DNA from: a virus
DNA length: 64,000 nucleotides
Virus record (IMG/VR): IMGVR_UViG_3300042359_000621
Strand: one strand, 5' to 3'
In this document: piece by piece, positions 53,585-62,391 of the stretch
Layout of the letters: every line of letters starts with the position of its first letter
How positions within the stretch are numbered: position 1 is the first letter of the stretch
Position numbers and translations under genes: made by a program
The notes under the pieces: model-generated
What the model saw: the letters and a program-made list of their open reading frames with translations, nothing else
Databases searched by the model: none
Told to the model about the DNA's origin: nothing

Positions 53585-55816
53585 ATGGTCACAATTTCAA
53601 GTTATCAAAATCTCCTTCGCTTTGATGCTGCTCCTACGGAAGTGCAGATGAAACTTGGTATTTCTCAAGTTTTGTCGATGCCATTTGCCTACAACTCTCC
53701 GGTTATCGTTCTGGACTTTGAAGTAGGCAATAAAAACATCATCAAGGGACGGTTTAAGGATGCCATTAGATCCCGTGTTTTTGAGTTTGAGATTGGGGAT
53801 TCTATCACGTTCAAGCCGTTCACCTGGAGGCGAACGGATAGCGACGTTGACCCGATGGCGTGGGAAGACTTCTCTAAAGGGTATTGCTACCGATTCGATG
53901 CAGTTAAGACCGTCAGAAAGGAAAAACCTAAGTGTGGCAATACCTCCTATAACTGCGGCAAAGCCTGCATTGGCTTAAACAAGAATTGCAAATCAGATCC
54001 CCCCGATAAACCGTCCCAGGAGAAAGTCGATAAACTCAGAGCCGCAGCAGGGGAGTTTAAAGCTGTTCAGGGCGATCCAACCAAGAAGCAAGAGGATAAT
54101 AAGTTAACGCCAAAACCACAGGAAGTTAAGGCGGTTAAGACCAAAACTGCTAAGGGCGCGATCGCTAAATCAGAAACACCACCAAAAACACCCAAGACAA
54201 CTAGACCCAAGGTAGGGACAAAGCAGTATGACGAATGGCTAGAAACCGAATCTCAAAAACTCAAGGGTAAAGATGGGGAATATGTAATTAAAACCCGTTC
54301 GGGGGATGAGACGGTCAAAGGAACCGTTTATGGCAATGGATTGGGGATTAATCCAAATAAAGGGTCTTTGTACAACACTCACAGCGTTACGCACATCGGC
54401 AGTGGCAGATCGTTGGGTGATTTTGATGATGAAGTTCAGGCTAAAAAGGCATTAGTTGAGTTGAACCGATCCGGCGTTAATTGGAGCGAACAAGACTTAA
54501 CAAAAATTCCAGGGATAGAGAAGAAAATAGTCAAAGTTAAGGGCTTGATAGATAATGCCAAAGACTCGGACTTAAGGGTTAAACGGGATGCTAAAAGGAA
54601 GGTGATAGAGGAAAAACGAGCTAAAGACGATGCCAAAATTGAGGCTGGTATGCAAAGGTTTAGAGAGGAAGAAGCTAAGAAAAAACAACAGGCTGAAATA
54701 GACAGAAAAATACAAGAGGAAAAAAATAAGGTAGAGCGTGAAAAGCAAGTTGAGGCTATGAAAAAGATGGCAGAAGATCAAGCAAAAGTTTATCAAGATT
54801 ATGAGATCAATAGAACAAATCAACTGATCGGAGAATTGAAATCATCCTTTGATGTTAAGTCATTGGAGTCTGAAGTTAGCGTGCTGGAATCGAGGCTAAA
54901 GACGGAATCATCTCCCAAGGCAAAAAAAGAGTTAAACCAACGATTAAATAATGCAAACATCAAACTAAAGGAGGTTAAAACATTTTTATCTCAGGACAAA
55001 CTTGAAACCTATCCCGCTTTTTTGAAATCCAGAGTAAAGGGAATGGCTAATACTGTTGGGATTGAAAAAACCAGGGAGATTTTACAGGAGCAAATTGACA
55101 ATTACAAGAAACAAGTAAAGGAGGAGCCAAAGCAAAAAACAATAAAAGTTCAAGGGGAGCGATCGCAAGAACAAGAATCCCCTCTAATTCCGAAAGAAGA
55201 AATAGTTAAAGAGGCTCCTAAGCGAATTGGGGATGGAACCCAAAAAAGCTCCCCTCTTAATGCTCAGGAATACCACAAAATGATGGTTGAGAGAGGGAAT
55301 AATATCTCAATAGAAGAAGCTGAGGAAACTGTTAAATCAATCGTGTCGTGGAAACTTAGAAACGATGCCATAAGAGGAGATCAGCAACAAGGAAAGCCCA
55401 ATAAAGATGCAGATAACATTGATAACTTTATCAAAAACTCTACACCTTATGAGGGAATGGTCGCTAGAGGGCTTAAGTTTTTCAGTAAAGAGGAAGCAGC
55501 AAACTTTATCAAAGGGGATGAGAATGGGATATTAAATAACCAGTCTGCTCATGCTTCATGGACTTCTGATTTTGATCAAGCTAAGAGGTTTGCTGATGTA
55601 GAGTCAAAAACAAATCCCTACTGGAAGGAATATTCTGAAAATCTTTATCCTGTGATTGTCCTTGCCAAAAATAAAACAGGTGTTCCAGCCCAAAATACAG
55701 GAGATGGATTACATAGTAACGAAGCCGAGGTTATTGTTTCAAAGAATACAAGGCATAAAGTTGTTAGGGTGATAGATAGAGATGGAATTATTTTAGTGGA
55801 AACCGAAGAAGTGTAA
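53585..55816 (+). CDS. Head-module paralog 2: shared N-terminal module, K/E-rich coiled coil and a C-terminal ADP-ribosyltransferase-like domain
   Basis: N-terminal module as above. The C-terminus has VARG (R), ASWTSD (S-x-S) and NEAEVIV (E-x-E) with spacing typical of R-S-E ARTs. Confidence 0.6.
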   Translation: MVTISSYQNLLRFDAAPTEVQMKLGISQVLSMPFAYNSPVIVLDFEVGNKNIIKGRFKDAIRSRVFEFEIGDSITFKPFTWRRTDSDVDPMAWEDFSKGYCYRFDAVKTVRKEKPKCGNTSYNCGKACIGLNKNCKSDPPDKPSQEKVDKLRAAAGEFKAVQGDPTKKQEDNKLTPKPQEVKAVKTKTAKGAIAKSETPPKTPKTTRPKVGTKQYDEWLETESQKLKGKDGEYVIKTRSGDETVKGTVYGNGLGINPNKGSLYNTHSVTHIGSGRSLGDFDDEVQAKKALVELNRSGVNWSEQDLTKIPGIEKKIVKVKGLIDNAKDSDLRVKRDAKRKVIEEKRAKDDAKIEAGMQRFREEEAKKKQQAEIDRKIQEEKNKVEREKQVEAMKKMAEDQAKVYQDYEINRTNQLIGELKSSFDVKSLESEVSVLESRLKTESSPKAKKELNQRLNNANIKLKEVKTFLSQDKLETYPAFLKSRVKGMANTVGIEKTREILQEQIDNYKKQVKEEPKQKTIKVQGERSQEQESPLIPKEEIVKEAPKRIGDGTQKSSPLNAQEYHKMMVERGNNISIEEAEETVKSIVSWKLRNDAIRGDQQQGKPNKDADNIDNFIKNSTPYEGMVARGLKFFSKEEAANFIKGDENGILNNQSAHASWTSDFDQAKRFADVESKTNPYWKEYSENLYPVIVLAKNKTGVPAQNTGDGLHSNEAEVIVSKNTRHKVVRVIDRDGIILVETEEV

Positions 55817-55866
55817 CAAGTTAAAAAAATAGTGAATTTATCCTCTGTTTTGCCCAAAATAAAAAT

Positions 55867-55918
55867 GTTATAATTAATAATAACAAACGCCTCTCGCGGT
55901 GCGCTAACACCCAGAGGC
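55867..55918 (+). promoter_or_regulatory. Extended -10 promoter (TGTTATAAT) plus conserved leader hairpin, cassette copy 2
   Basis: TGTTATAATTAATAATA, then GCCTCT-CGC-GGTG-loop-CACC-C-AGAGGC at 55889-55918. Confidence 0.5.
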
Positions 55919-55950
55919 AGTAAACCTAAAACTTAAAACAGAGGTTCACC

Positions 55951-56559
55951 ATGTCGGATATTGTAAGATCAATCCGTGCCGAATTGGAACTAGGCAACAG
56001 AAGTATTGACTGCTATCTATTCCCAGATGGGGAGAAACGGATCGGAATTGGTGGCGCGAGTATTGCCATCGGACGGAGTAAAGAGTATTTGGGTCGCTTA
56101 TTGAAAAGCGAATCAGAGGATCTCGGAAAACTCAAAATCATGGGATTCTGTGGAAAAATTGTCGAAACGGAGTTTCTGTTTGGGAGAGGATCTACTCGCT
56201 CCAAAACTATTTCTTTGGCTGATTTTGATATTCTGATGATGTTTTTTGTTGACTTGCGGATGAAAAAAGAAAAGAAAAATCCTGAAGGTATTGTTAGGGA
56301 TAAGTTATTAGAACAGTCAGGGGGATCTAAAGAGGTTTCTACATTGGCAGGAAAGATAGACATATTAACCCCATCGCAAATAATAGAAGTAAAACAGGTT
56401 AATGGATGGAAAGGGGCTTTAGGACAAGTTTTAGTCTATGGATATTATTACCCGTCTCATCAGAAAAGGATTCATTTGTTTGGAGAGTGCCATAGTAGCT
56501 ATCTCGATATTATCCAAAAACATTGTCAAGAATTTGATGTTATTGTTACATGGGAATAA
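55951..56559 (+). CDS. Cassette copy 2: weakly Bro-N/KilA-N-like N-terminal domain fused to a PD-(D/E)XK-like nuclease domain
   Basis: Paralog of 32707..33399. C-terminus STLAGKIDILTPSQIIEVKQVNGWKGALGQ. Confidence 0.55.
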   Translation: MSDIVRSIRAELELGNRSIDCYLFPDGEKRIGIGGASIAIGRSKEYLGRLLKSESEDLGKLKIMGFCGKIVETEFLFGRGSTRSKTISLADFDILMMFFVDLRMKKEKKNPEGIVRDKLLEQSGGSKEVSTLAGKIDILTPSQIIEVKQVNGWKGALGQVLVYGYYYPSHQKRIHLFGECHSSYLDIIQKHCQEFDVIVTWE

Positions 56560-56611
56560 GATTTACCAGGTCGGCTAAACGGAGTCTAAAGCCCTCAAAG
56601 AGCTACAGGGT

Positions 56612-56950
56612 ATGGGTTTCACAGGTCGCACAAAAGACACTGAGGTTAAGATAGCCAGAGGTGCGACACGAAGCAAGACCATCTCATCCAGAGACTTTAC
56701 GAAGTTAATCACATGGGATGCGGTAGTCAATAATAATCAAGATTCCATTATTTTGTTGGCTGCGTTTGCCGAGACGGGGTTGGATGACATATTGGAAAAA
56801 GTCTTCACACGGCAATCGTTGGACTTTCTGTTAGAAAAAATAGTCCACTATAGCAAATGGACTATGGAAGACTTACAAGAAGCCCTCGATGCAAATAACG
56901 ATGATTGGAGAGTGATCAGGGAACAAGAGCAGTTTTTATTAGAGGGCTAA
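56612..56950 (+). CDS. Second ORF of cassette copy 2
   Basis: The N-terminus MGFTGRTKDTEV..TRSKTISSRDF repeats the mid-region of 55951..56559. The C-terminus matches 32341..32550. Confidence 0.5.
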   Translation: MGFTGRTKDTEVKIARGATRSKTISSRDFTKLITWDAVVNNNQDSIILLAAFAETGLDDILEKVFTRQSLDFLLEKIVHYSKWTMEDLQEALDANNDDWRVIREQEQFLLEG

Positions 56951-57002
56951 ACATCAAATTTGTTTAACAGGTTAGTATGGGATATATGCTACTCTTAACC
57001 CC

Positions 57003-57047
57003 ATGCTAACTCTAAAATTCGTTGCTAACGGCTCCAAAGATTGGTAA
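57003..57047 (+). pseudogene. Duplicated 5' end of the gpG-like gene (14 codons, MLTLKFVANGSKDW)
   Basis: 56981-57029 is a near copy of 59953-60001, which contains the true start (MLSLKFVAN). Confidence 0.5.
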
Positions 57048-57082
57048 ACTAAGAAGATTAGCAAATTAAATTAATTCATATT

Positions 57083-59890
57083 ATGATTACAACTCCCGTC
57101 ATCAAAGCAAACCAATCTAACATGGCTCCCACCGAAGTTCAGATGAAGTTAGCGATCGCGCAAGTCCTATCCCTTCCATTTGCCTACAACTCCCCCGTAA
57201 TTGTCGTTGATTTTGAGGCAGGTAACGGGAATGTGATCAAGGGTAGATTTAAGGATGCCTCCCGACCCCGTATATTTGAATTTAAGATTGATGACTCCAT
57301 AAGTTTTAAGTCATTTACCTGGAAAAGAATAGACAGCGCGGATATCGATCCAGTGGTGTGGGAAGAATTTTCTAAAGGGTACACCTATCGGTATGACGCA
57401 GTTAAAACCAAGAGGAAGGAAAAACCTAAGTGTGGCAATACCTCCTACAATTGTGGCAAAGCCTGTATTGGGTTGAATAAAAACTGCAAATCAGATATAC
57501 CGGATAAACCCTCCCAAGAAAAAGTCGATAAACTCAGAGCCGCAGCAGGGAAATTTAAAGCCGTTCAGGATGATCCAATCAAGAAGCAAGAAGATAATAA
57601 ATTAACGCCAAAACCACCGGAAACAAAACCGACACTAGCGAACGAAGATAAAATGCGCGATACACTAAAGAAAGCTATCGCGGAAAATGAGTTGAATAAA
57701 AGTTTAGCAGAAACAGCTTATCAAAAATACCACCAGTATCAAAACGGACTAAAAAATGAAGCAGAAGGTTTATCATCTCGGTCTATCGCTAGTTTATATC
57801 AAATCCCCCACGCCACTGCTGTAGCTAGAATTAACGGACTTAGAGAAGCTGTTGGACTAGGAGGGTCTAATGCTGTATCTGTTGACAAAGAATTAGGGGG
57901 AAGAATTAACGACCTTTTAAATAATGGGAAACAAATTAAAATTAATTCGTCAGGCGGTCAACTAAAAGATCGGAAAAAAGAACCAAGTCAAACAACAATT
58001 AATGCTGACAAAAAATGGTCTGACTTTTTAGAATCTAAAAATGTTACAGAGAAAGGACTTAGAAAACTAGACCCTGAGACTAGAAAGAAAATTACAGAAG
58101 AATTTGAAAATACTCGGATTGAAGAAAGGGCTCAGGAGTCAAGCAAAAGGAAAGGTCTATCACTACCTGAAGACCCCAAACCATCCCCAAATTCAACAGG
58201 GGTTAAGGGTGCGGGGGGTAAGACACTTGACCTAAAAGATTTGTGGCAACAGACAGCCGACGCTGCTTATTCTAAAAATAAAGATGGGGTCTCAAAAAAT
58301 CTTGAGCAATGGAAAGAAGTTGTTAAAAAACTAGAGTCAGGGGAGGGAATTTCTAAAGATGTTAACTTAAACGAATACGAAAAGTTGATGGATAATTTAG
58401 AAAGAAAATTAGTCCTTAACCCAAAAGATCCGTCTAATGTCGAGTTTAAAAAAATTACTGGGTCTATTTATAGAACTCTTGACAAGGCTGTAAGATACGA
58501 TCCGTTAACTCAGGAAGATTTAGAAAAAGCTCACCCCAACTTTAGACCCATCATGCAACGGATGAAAAAAACCGTTACCAAGGTAAACGAATTATCCGGT
58601 AAAAAACAGCAATTACAAAAGGAATTAGACACATTAAAACACAGACAATCTTATAACGAGCTTATAGTCAAATCTAATTCAAGGCAATTTCGTGAAACGG
58701 CGATTGACAATAATTATAATGAGCTTAGGCTCCTTACGATGCGAAACCCGAATGACATGATAGAAGTCAGAAATCCAGTATCTAATCTCCCAGAAAGGAC
58801 AGTATCCATCCCGACAAGGATTAATGAGATCAACAAAGATATTAGAGATTTGGCAGACGATAAAAAGGCTGTGGAGTCTTCAGATCGTGCTAAGGGCGAA
58901 ATAGCTAAATTACAGACCAAAATTAAAGATGCTGAAAGTCGGGCAACTTCCTTAGATGGTGAAATTAAGGCGTTAAGAGAATCGAGAGGAACGGGATCTG
59001 TTTTATCAGAACCTAAGTCAGCCCCTATTCCTGCTGTAGCACAAAGAGCGATCGCTAAAACCAAGACTGACAAACCCCCTGTTAAATCGGTTGATCAACA
59101 ATACAAGGATATTATTGCCAGTTCTAAAGATCCAAAAGGAACAGAGGAGGCTTTGTCATCGGCACTCAGAGGCGGTATAGGTGACTTCGAGAGAAAGAAT
59201 TATAACGAGTATTTAACTGCGATAGCTTCTGGGACAGTCCCAAAAGGAATGGGAGACTATTATCAAAAGCAAATTGATAAATATAAGCCCGTTATTGATG
59301 CCGAAAACTTCATAAACGAGAGACGGCAAAAGGCAAAAGCAGGTGATTATGAAACAGAATCAGAAGCAGGGGTTTATATTCTTGATAAACTAAAACAAAA
59401 AGGCTACAAAGAGCATGAATATTATGATAGTCCAGACTATAAAATGGATTATGACAAATTAAAAACCGTAATGAAGTCTATGGAATTACCTCCCCCTCTG
59501 TCTGGTAATATTCCTAGTAAGGAATTAAAACAGACACTAACTCAGGGGGATAAATTGCTAGTTAAAGAAAGCACTTATTCTATGATGGGAGGAAGTTCCC
59601 CTGCGGGTTATCGAATTGTTGACGGTGGCGAAGTTCTAAAAGTTAATGTCAAGAATGTTAAAACAAGAGTCCAGGGCGAGTATATGGGGAAACCTTATAA
59701 AAATGAGCCATCCCTTGCCCTTGATACAGTTACCCACGTCATCCGAGATGGTAAACGTTACAAAGTAGATGATTCTGATAGTTCCCCTAACGACTTAAAG
59801 CCTGAAGTTACTCAACCCCAGAAGGCAGTAAAACAAAAGTCAATAAAACAAAAGGCGATAAAAGTTCAAGAGGTGCGATCGCAAGGTTAG
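57083..59890 (+). CDS. Head-module paralog 3: shared N-terminal module plus a long C-terminal region of unknown function
   Basis: The N-terminal 165 aa are about 80 percent identical by eye to paralog 2. The remainder is unrelated to it. Confidence 0.6.
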   Translation: MITTPVIKANQSNMAPTEVQMKLAIAQVLSLPFAYNSPVIVVDFEAGNGNVIKGRFKDASRPRIFEFKIDDSISFKSFTWKRIDSADIDPVVWEEFSKGYTYRYDAVKTKRKEKPKCGNTSYNCGKACIGLNKNCKSDIPDKPSQEKVDKLRAAAGKFKAVQDDPIKKQEDNKLTPKPPETKPTLANEDKMRDTLKKAIAENELNKSLAETAYQKYHQYQNGLKNEAEGLSSRSIASLYQIPHATAVARINGLREAVGLGGSNAVSVDKELGGRINDLLNNGKQIKINSSGGQLKDRKKEPSQTTINADKKWSDFLESKNVTEKGLRKLDPETRKKITEEFENTRIEERAQESSKRKGLSLPEDPKPSPNSTGVKGAGGKTLDLKDLWQQTADAAYSKNKDGVSKNLEQWKEVVKKLESGEGISKDVNLNEYEKLMDNLERKLVLNPKDPSNVEFKKITGSIYRTLDKAVRYDPLTQEDLEKAHPNFRPIMQRMKKTVTKVNELSGKKQQLQKELDTLKHRQSYNELIVKSNSRQFRETAIDNNYNELRLLTMRNPNDMIEVRNPVSNLPERTVSIPTRINEINKDIRDLADDKKAVESSDRAKGEIAKLQTKIKDAESRATSLDGEIKALRESRGTGSVLSEPKSAPIPAVAQRAIAKTKTDKPPVKSVDQQYKDIIASSKDPKGTEEALSSALRGGIGDFERKNYNEYLTAIASGTVPKGMGDYYQKQIDKYKPVIDAENFINERRQKAKAGDYETESEAGVYILDKLKQKGYKEHEYYDSPDYKMDYDKLKTVMKSMELPPPLSGNIPSKELKQTLTQGDKLLVKESTYSMMGGSSPAGYRIVDGGEVLKVNVKNVKTRVQGEYMGKPYKNEPSLALDTVTHVIRDGKRYKVDDSDSSPNDLKPEVTQPQKAVKQKSIKQKAIKVQEVRSQG

Positions 59891-59974
59891 TAGATGTTTC
59901 GGACGTTTCCATGTGTTAAAGCCTCCTTTTTTGTTTCGTTATACTGAAGTCAGATATATTCTACTCTTAACCCC

Positions 59975-60394
59975 ATGCTATCCCTAAAATTCGTTGCCAA
60001 CCAAGCCCAAAATTACCTCAATAAATTAATCAGAAAGTTTCAGAACCTCACACCTGAACTGCATAAAGTCGGGCAGTTTATGGTGGCATCAACCGACGAG
60101 AACTTTCAAAAGGAACAGAGTCCTTACGGGGAGAAATGGGAACACCTAGCCCCATCAACCCTCAAATACAAGGCAAGTCGGGGTTTTATTATGCAAATAT
60201 TACAACGCCAAGGATTGTTGCGATCTTCTATTCGGTATCGGATTGAAAAAGGAAGGGTTGAGGTAGGGAGTCCATTGCCCTATGCCTCCTATTTACAAGA
60301 AGGCACTAAGAAAATGCCTAAACGTCAATTTTTAGGAGTAAGTCAACGCGATCGCAGGGAGATTATCGCTATTCTAAAGGGTTCTCTTCGTTGA
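59975..60394 (+). CDS. Virion morphogenesis protein (phage Mu gpG-like)
   Basis: ENFQKEQSPYGEKWEHLAPSTLKYK...LLRSSI...PYASYLQEGTKKMPKRQFLG matches the gpG family pattern. Confidence 0.6.
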   Translation: MLSLKFVANQAQNYLNKLIRKFQNLTPELHKVGQFMVASTDENFQKEQSPYGEKWEHLAPSTLKYKASRGFIMQILQRQGLLRSSIRYRIEKGRVEVGSPLPYASYLQEGTKKMPKRQFLGVSQRDRREIIAILKGSLR

Positions 60395-60743
60395 TCTCGA
60401 CAAGTTTATCAATAAGACCTGGGTTGATTTCTTGAGGGATTTCTTGCTCAATAATCTTTAAAGTTTCCTTAGTCCAAGCAAGGATCAATCGTTCTGCCTC
60501 CGATTGATCCTCAGAAATTAACGAAGCGATAATCAATAGTTCTACGAAATCCGTCCGCCGCTCCCCCATTAAAATCCGTCGAATTGTCTGCCAATCCCAT
60601 CCACTTTTTTCACTAAATTCCATCATCCCAAAATTTGCATTTATAAGATCCCGTCGAATTGACCGACCAAGAGCGCGATAGGGAGCCAACGCACCAGATC
60701 CTAGTGTCTTCTTAGAAGGATACTCTCTTTTGATAGTAGTCAT
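60369..60743 (-). CDS. Opposite-strand putative HTH protein embedded in the head module
   Basis: 124-aa ORF. SGWDWQTIRRILMGERR is HTH-like. Its 3' end overlaps the 3' end of the gpG-like gene by 26 nt. Confidence 0.45.
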   Translation of the reverse strand: MTTIKREYPSKKTLGSGALAPYRALGRSIRRDLINANFGMMEFSEKSGWDWQTIRRILMGERRTDFVELLIIASLISEDQSEAERLILAWTKETLKIIEQEIPQEINPGLIDKLVEINEENPLE

Positions 60744-60777
60744 TATTTATATCTAAATCATTGGTTTAATTTTAGTC

Positions 60778-60802
60778 GATTTTCTTATATAGAAATTATT
60801 TT
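60778..60802 (+). promoter_or_regulatory. 25-nt motif GATTTTCTTATATAGAAATTATTTT (copy 2)
   Basis: Identical to 51442-51466. Lies 72 nt upstream of the ATG at 60874. Confidence 0.5.
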
Positions 60803-60873
60803 TTTACACCATCTTTAAATGACTGATAAGGTGCGTTATTCTTTAACAAGAATTATTTTTTTTGTATTGAGAA

Positions 60874-62391
60874 ATGGTTGAAATCAGGCTTGATGCTCCA
60901 GCTAAATTTAGGGTAATCAGAACTGATGATGGTCGCCTCCATTGTGAGGGGTCTTTTTGTCGTGATGGGGTGTTGGAATATCGTCAGCCTGATGGCTCCA
61001 TAGTCCACGAACTCAGGAGACCGGAAACCAATGCAGAACTAGCCACAGTGGAGAGTTTTAAGCTCCTCCCCCTGGTAATTGAACATCCCCATGTTGGGCT
61101 TCTTAATAGCGAAAGTTATAAGGATTACGCAGTCGGGATGACTGATTCTTCTGCTTATTACAACAAGGCTGAAGGGGTGATCGAAGGCTTGGTGTCGTTT
61201 TTTGATGCTAAAGCGATCGCCCTAATTGATTCAAGGGAAAAGGAACAGTTGTCTGCGGGATATACCTGCGATATCAAACAAGGGGCAGGGGTATGGAATG
61301 GTCAACACTACGACAGAGAACAGATTAATGTTCGTGCTAACCATTTGGCTTTAACGAGCCGAGGAAGGGCAGGAGAAGATGCCCGTCTCCGATTAGATAG
61401 TGCTGCGGGGATTGGGCAAGCTATTGTAGGGCAAGCTGTTGAAAACCCTAGTAACCCCAACAAAACCAAAGATAATGGAGATAATGAACAGCGCATGGCA
61501 ATAATTAGATGCGATGGAGTCGAATATTCAGGAATCCCTGAAGTTTTCGCTTCTATTAGTGGTACTCGATTCCGTGAATTAAAAGAATTAAAGGAACGCC
61601 ACGATTCGCTTGTTACACGGTTTGACGCTACGATTCGGGAGAATCGGAAGCTAGAAGCCGCACAAGAGAACTACCAGTTTCGGTTAGATAACCTGGAAAT
61701 CATTGTGGACAATGCTGACAATGTCCTTGGTGAGTTAGGTTATTACCGGAACGACATGGGGCAATACGTCCGTGTTGATGGGGGCAAAAAGAAAATGATG
61801 TCTTTTGTTCCCGAAGATGAAGAAATGATGGAAGATGAGGACAATGAAGATGAAGAAATGATGGAAGATGAGGATGTTATGGAAGAAAAAGAAACCATGA
61901 CTTCCAGAAAGAAAAAAAAGTCCAAACCTCGTGCTGATGGCGACGATGAAGGCGAGAGTGATTACCGGGGTGATTCAATCGGGGATCTGTTGGCGATTTG
62001 GAAGGAAGCCGACAGTTTGTTACCAGGGTTCTCTGACACTCGGTTTGATAGTGGCTTCTCCACTAGCGATATCAAGCGCACTTTGTTGGCTGAAATCGAA
62101 CCCAATATGGATTTGACGTTCCGATCCGATTCTTATGTAGACGGGGTTTTTGCCTACATTCAGGAGAATTATGATTCCTCCCCCACCGATCCAGGTGACG
62201 AAGAAGAAGGGGATGAGGAGGAGGAAGACGATGGAGACTCGGAGGAGTTTTCCCATCGCCTTGATTCGGTACTCAAAAGACCTGCTCAATCTACCTACGG
62301 AGATGAACTCACCGAATGGGAAAGACGACGGGTAGATGCCTATAAGCAGCCTTTAACGATAGGAAAAACACGCACGGGGTTTACTAGATAA
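60874..62391 (+). CDS. Prohead scaffold/protease-like protein (DUF2213-type N-terminus, acidic C-terminal half)
   Basis: N-terminus GVLEYRQPDG..ELRRPE..LPLVIEHP..LSAGYTCD. The C-terminus has long D/E/M runs typical of scaffolds. Confidence 0.55.
   Translation: MVEIRLDAPAKFRVIRTDDGRLHCEGSFCRDGVLEYRQPDGSIVHELRRPETNAELATVESFKLLPLVIEHPHVGLLNSESYKDYAVGMTDSSAYYNKAEGVIEGLVSFFDAKAIALIDSREKEQLSAGYTCDIKQGAGVWNGQHYDREQINVRANHLALTSRGRAGEDARLRLDSAAGIGQAIVGQAVENPSNPNKTKDNGDNEQRMAIIRCDGVEYSGIPEVFASISGTRFRELKELKERHDSLVTRFDATIRENRKLEAAQENYQFRLDNLEIIVDNADNVLGELGYYRNDMGQYVRVDGGKKKMMSFVPEDEEMMEDEDNEDEEMMEDEDVMEEKETMTSRKKKKSKPRADGDDEGESDYRGDSIGDLLAIWKEADSLLPGFSDTRFDSGFSTSDIKRTLLAEIEPNMDLTFRSDSYVDGVFAYIQENYDSSPTDPGDEEEGDEEEEDDGDSEEFSHRLDSVLKRPAQSTYGDELTEWERRRVDAYKQPLTIGKTRTGFTR

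Noticed and set aside
54436-54823. Antisense ORFs of 66 and 83 aa inside paralog 2
   Set aside because: They are the reverse complement of a lysine/glutamate-rich coiled-coil coding region (AAA/GAA codons read as TTT/TTC). This is a typical artefact.
32341-56950. Invertible 23-kb segment bounded by the two inverted cassettes
   Set aside because: The cassettes are similar mainly at the protein level, with nucleotide identity of roughly two-thirds by eye. That is too low for efficient homologous inversion, and no invertase gene or short crossover repeats were seen.
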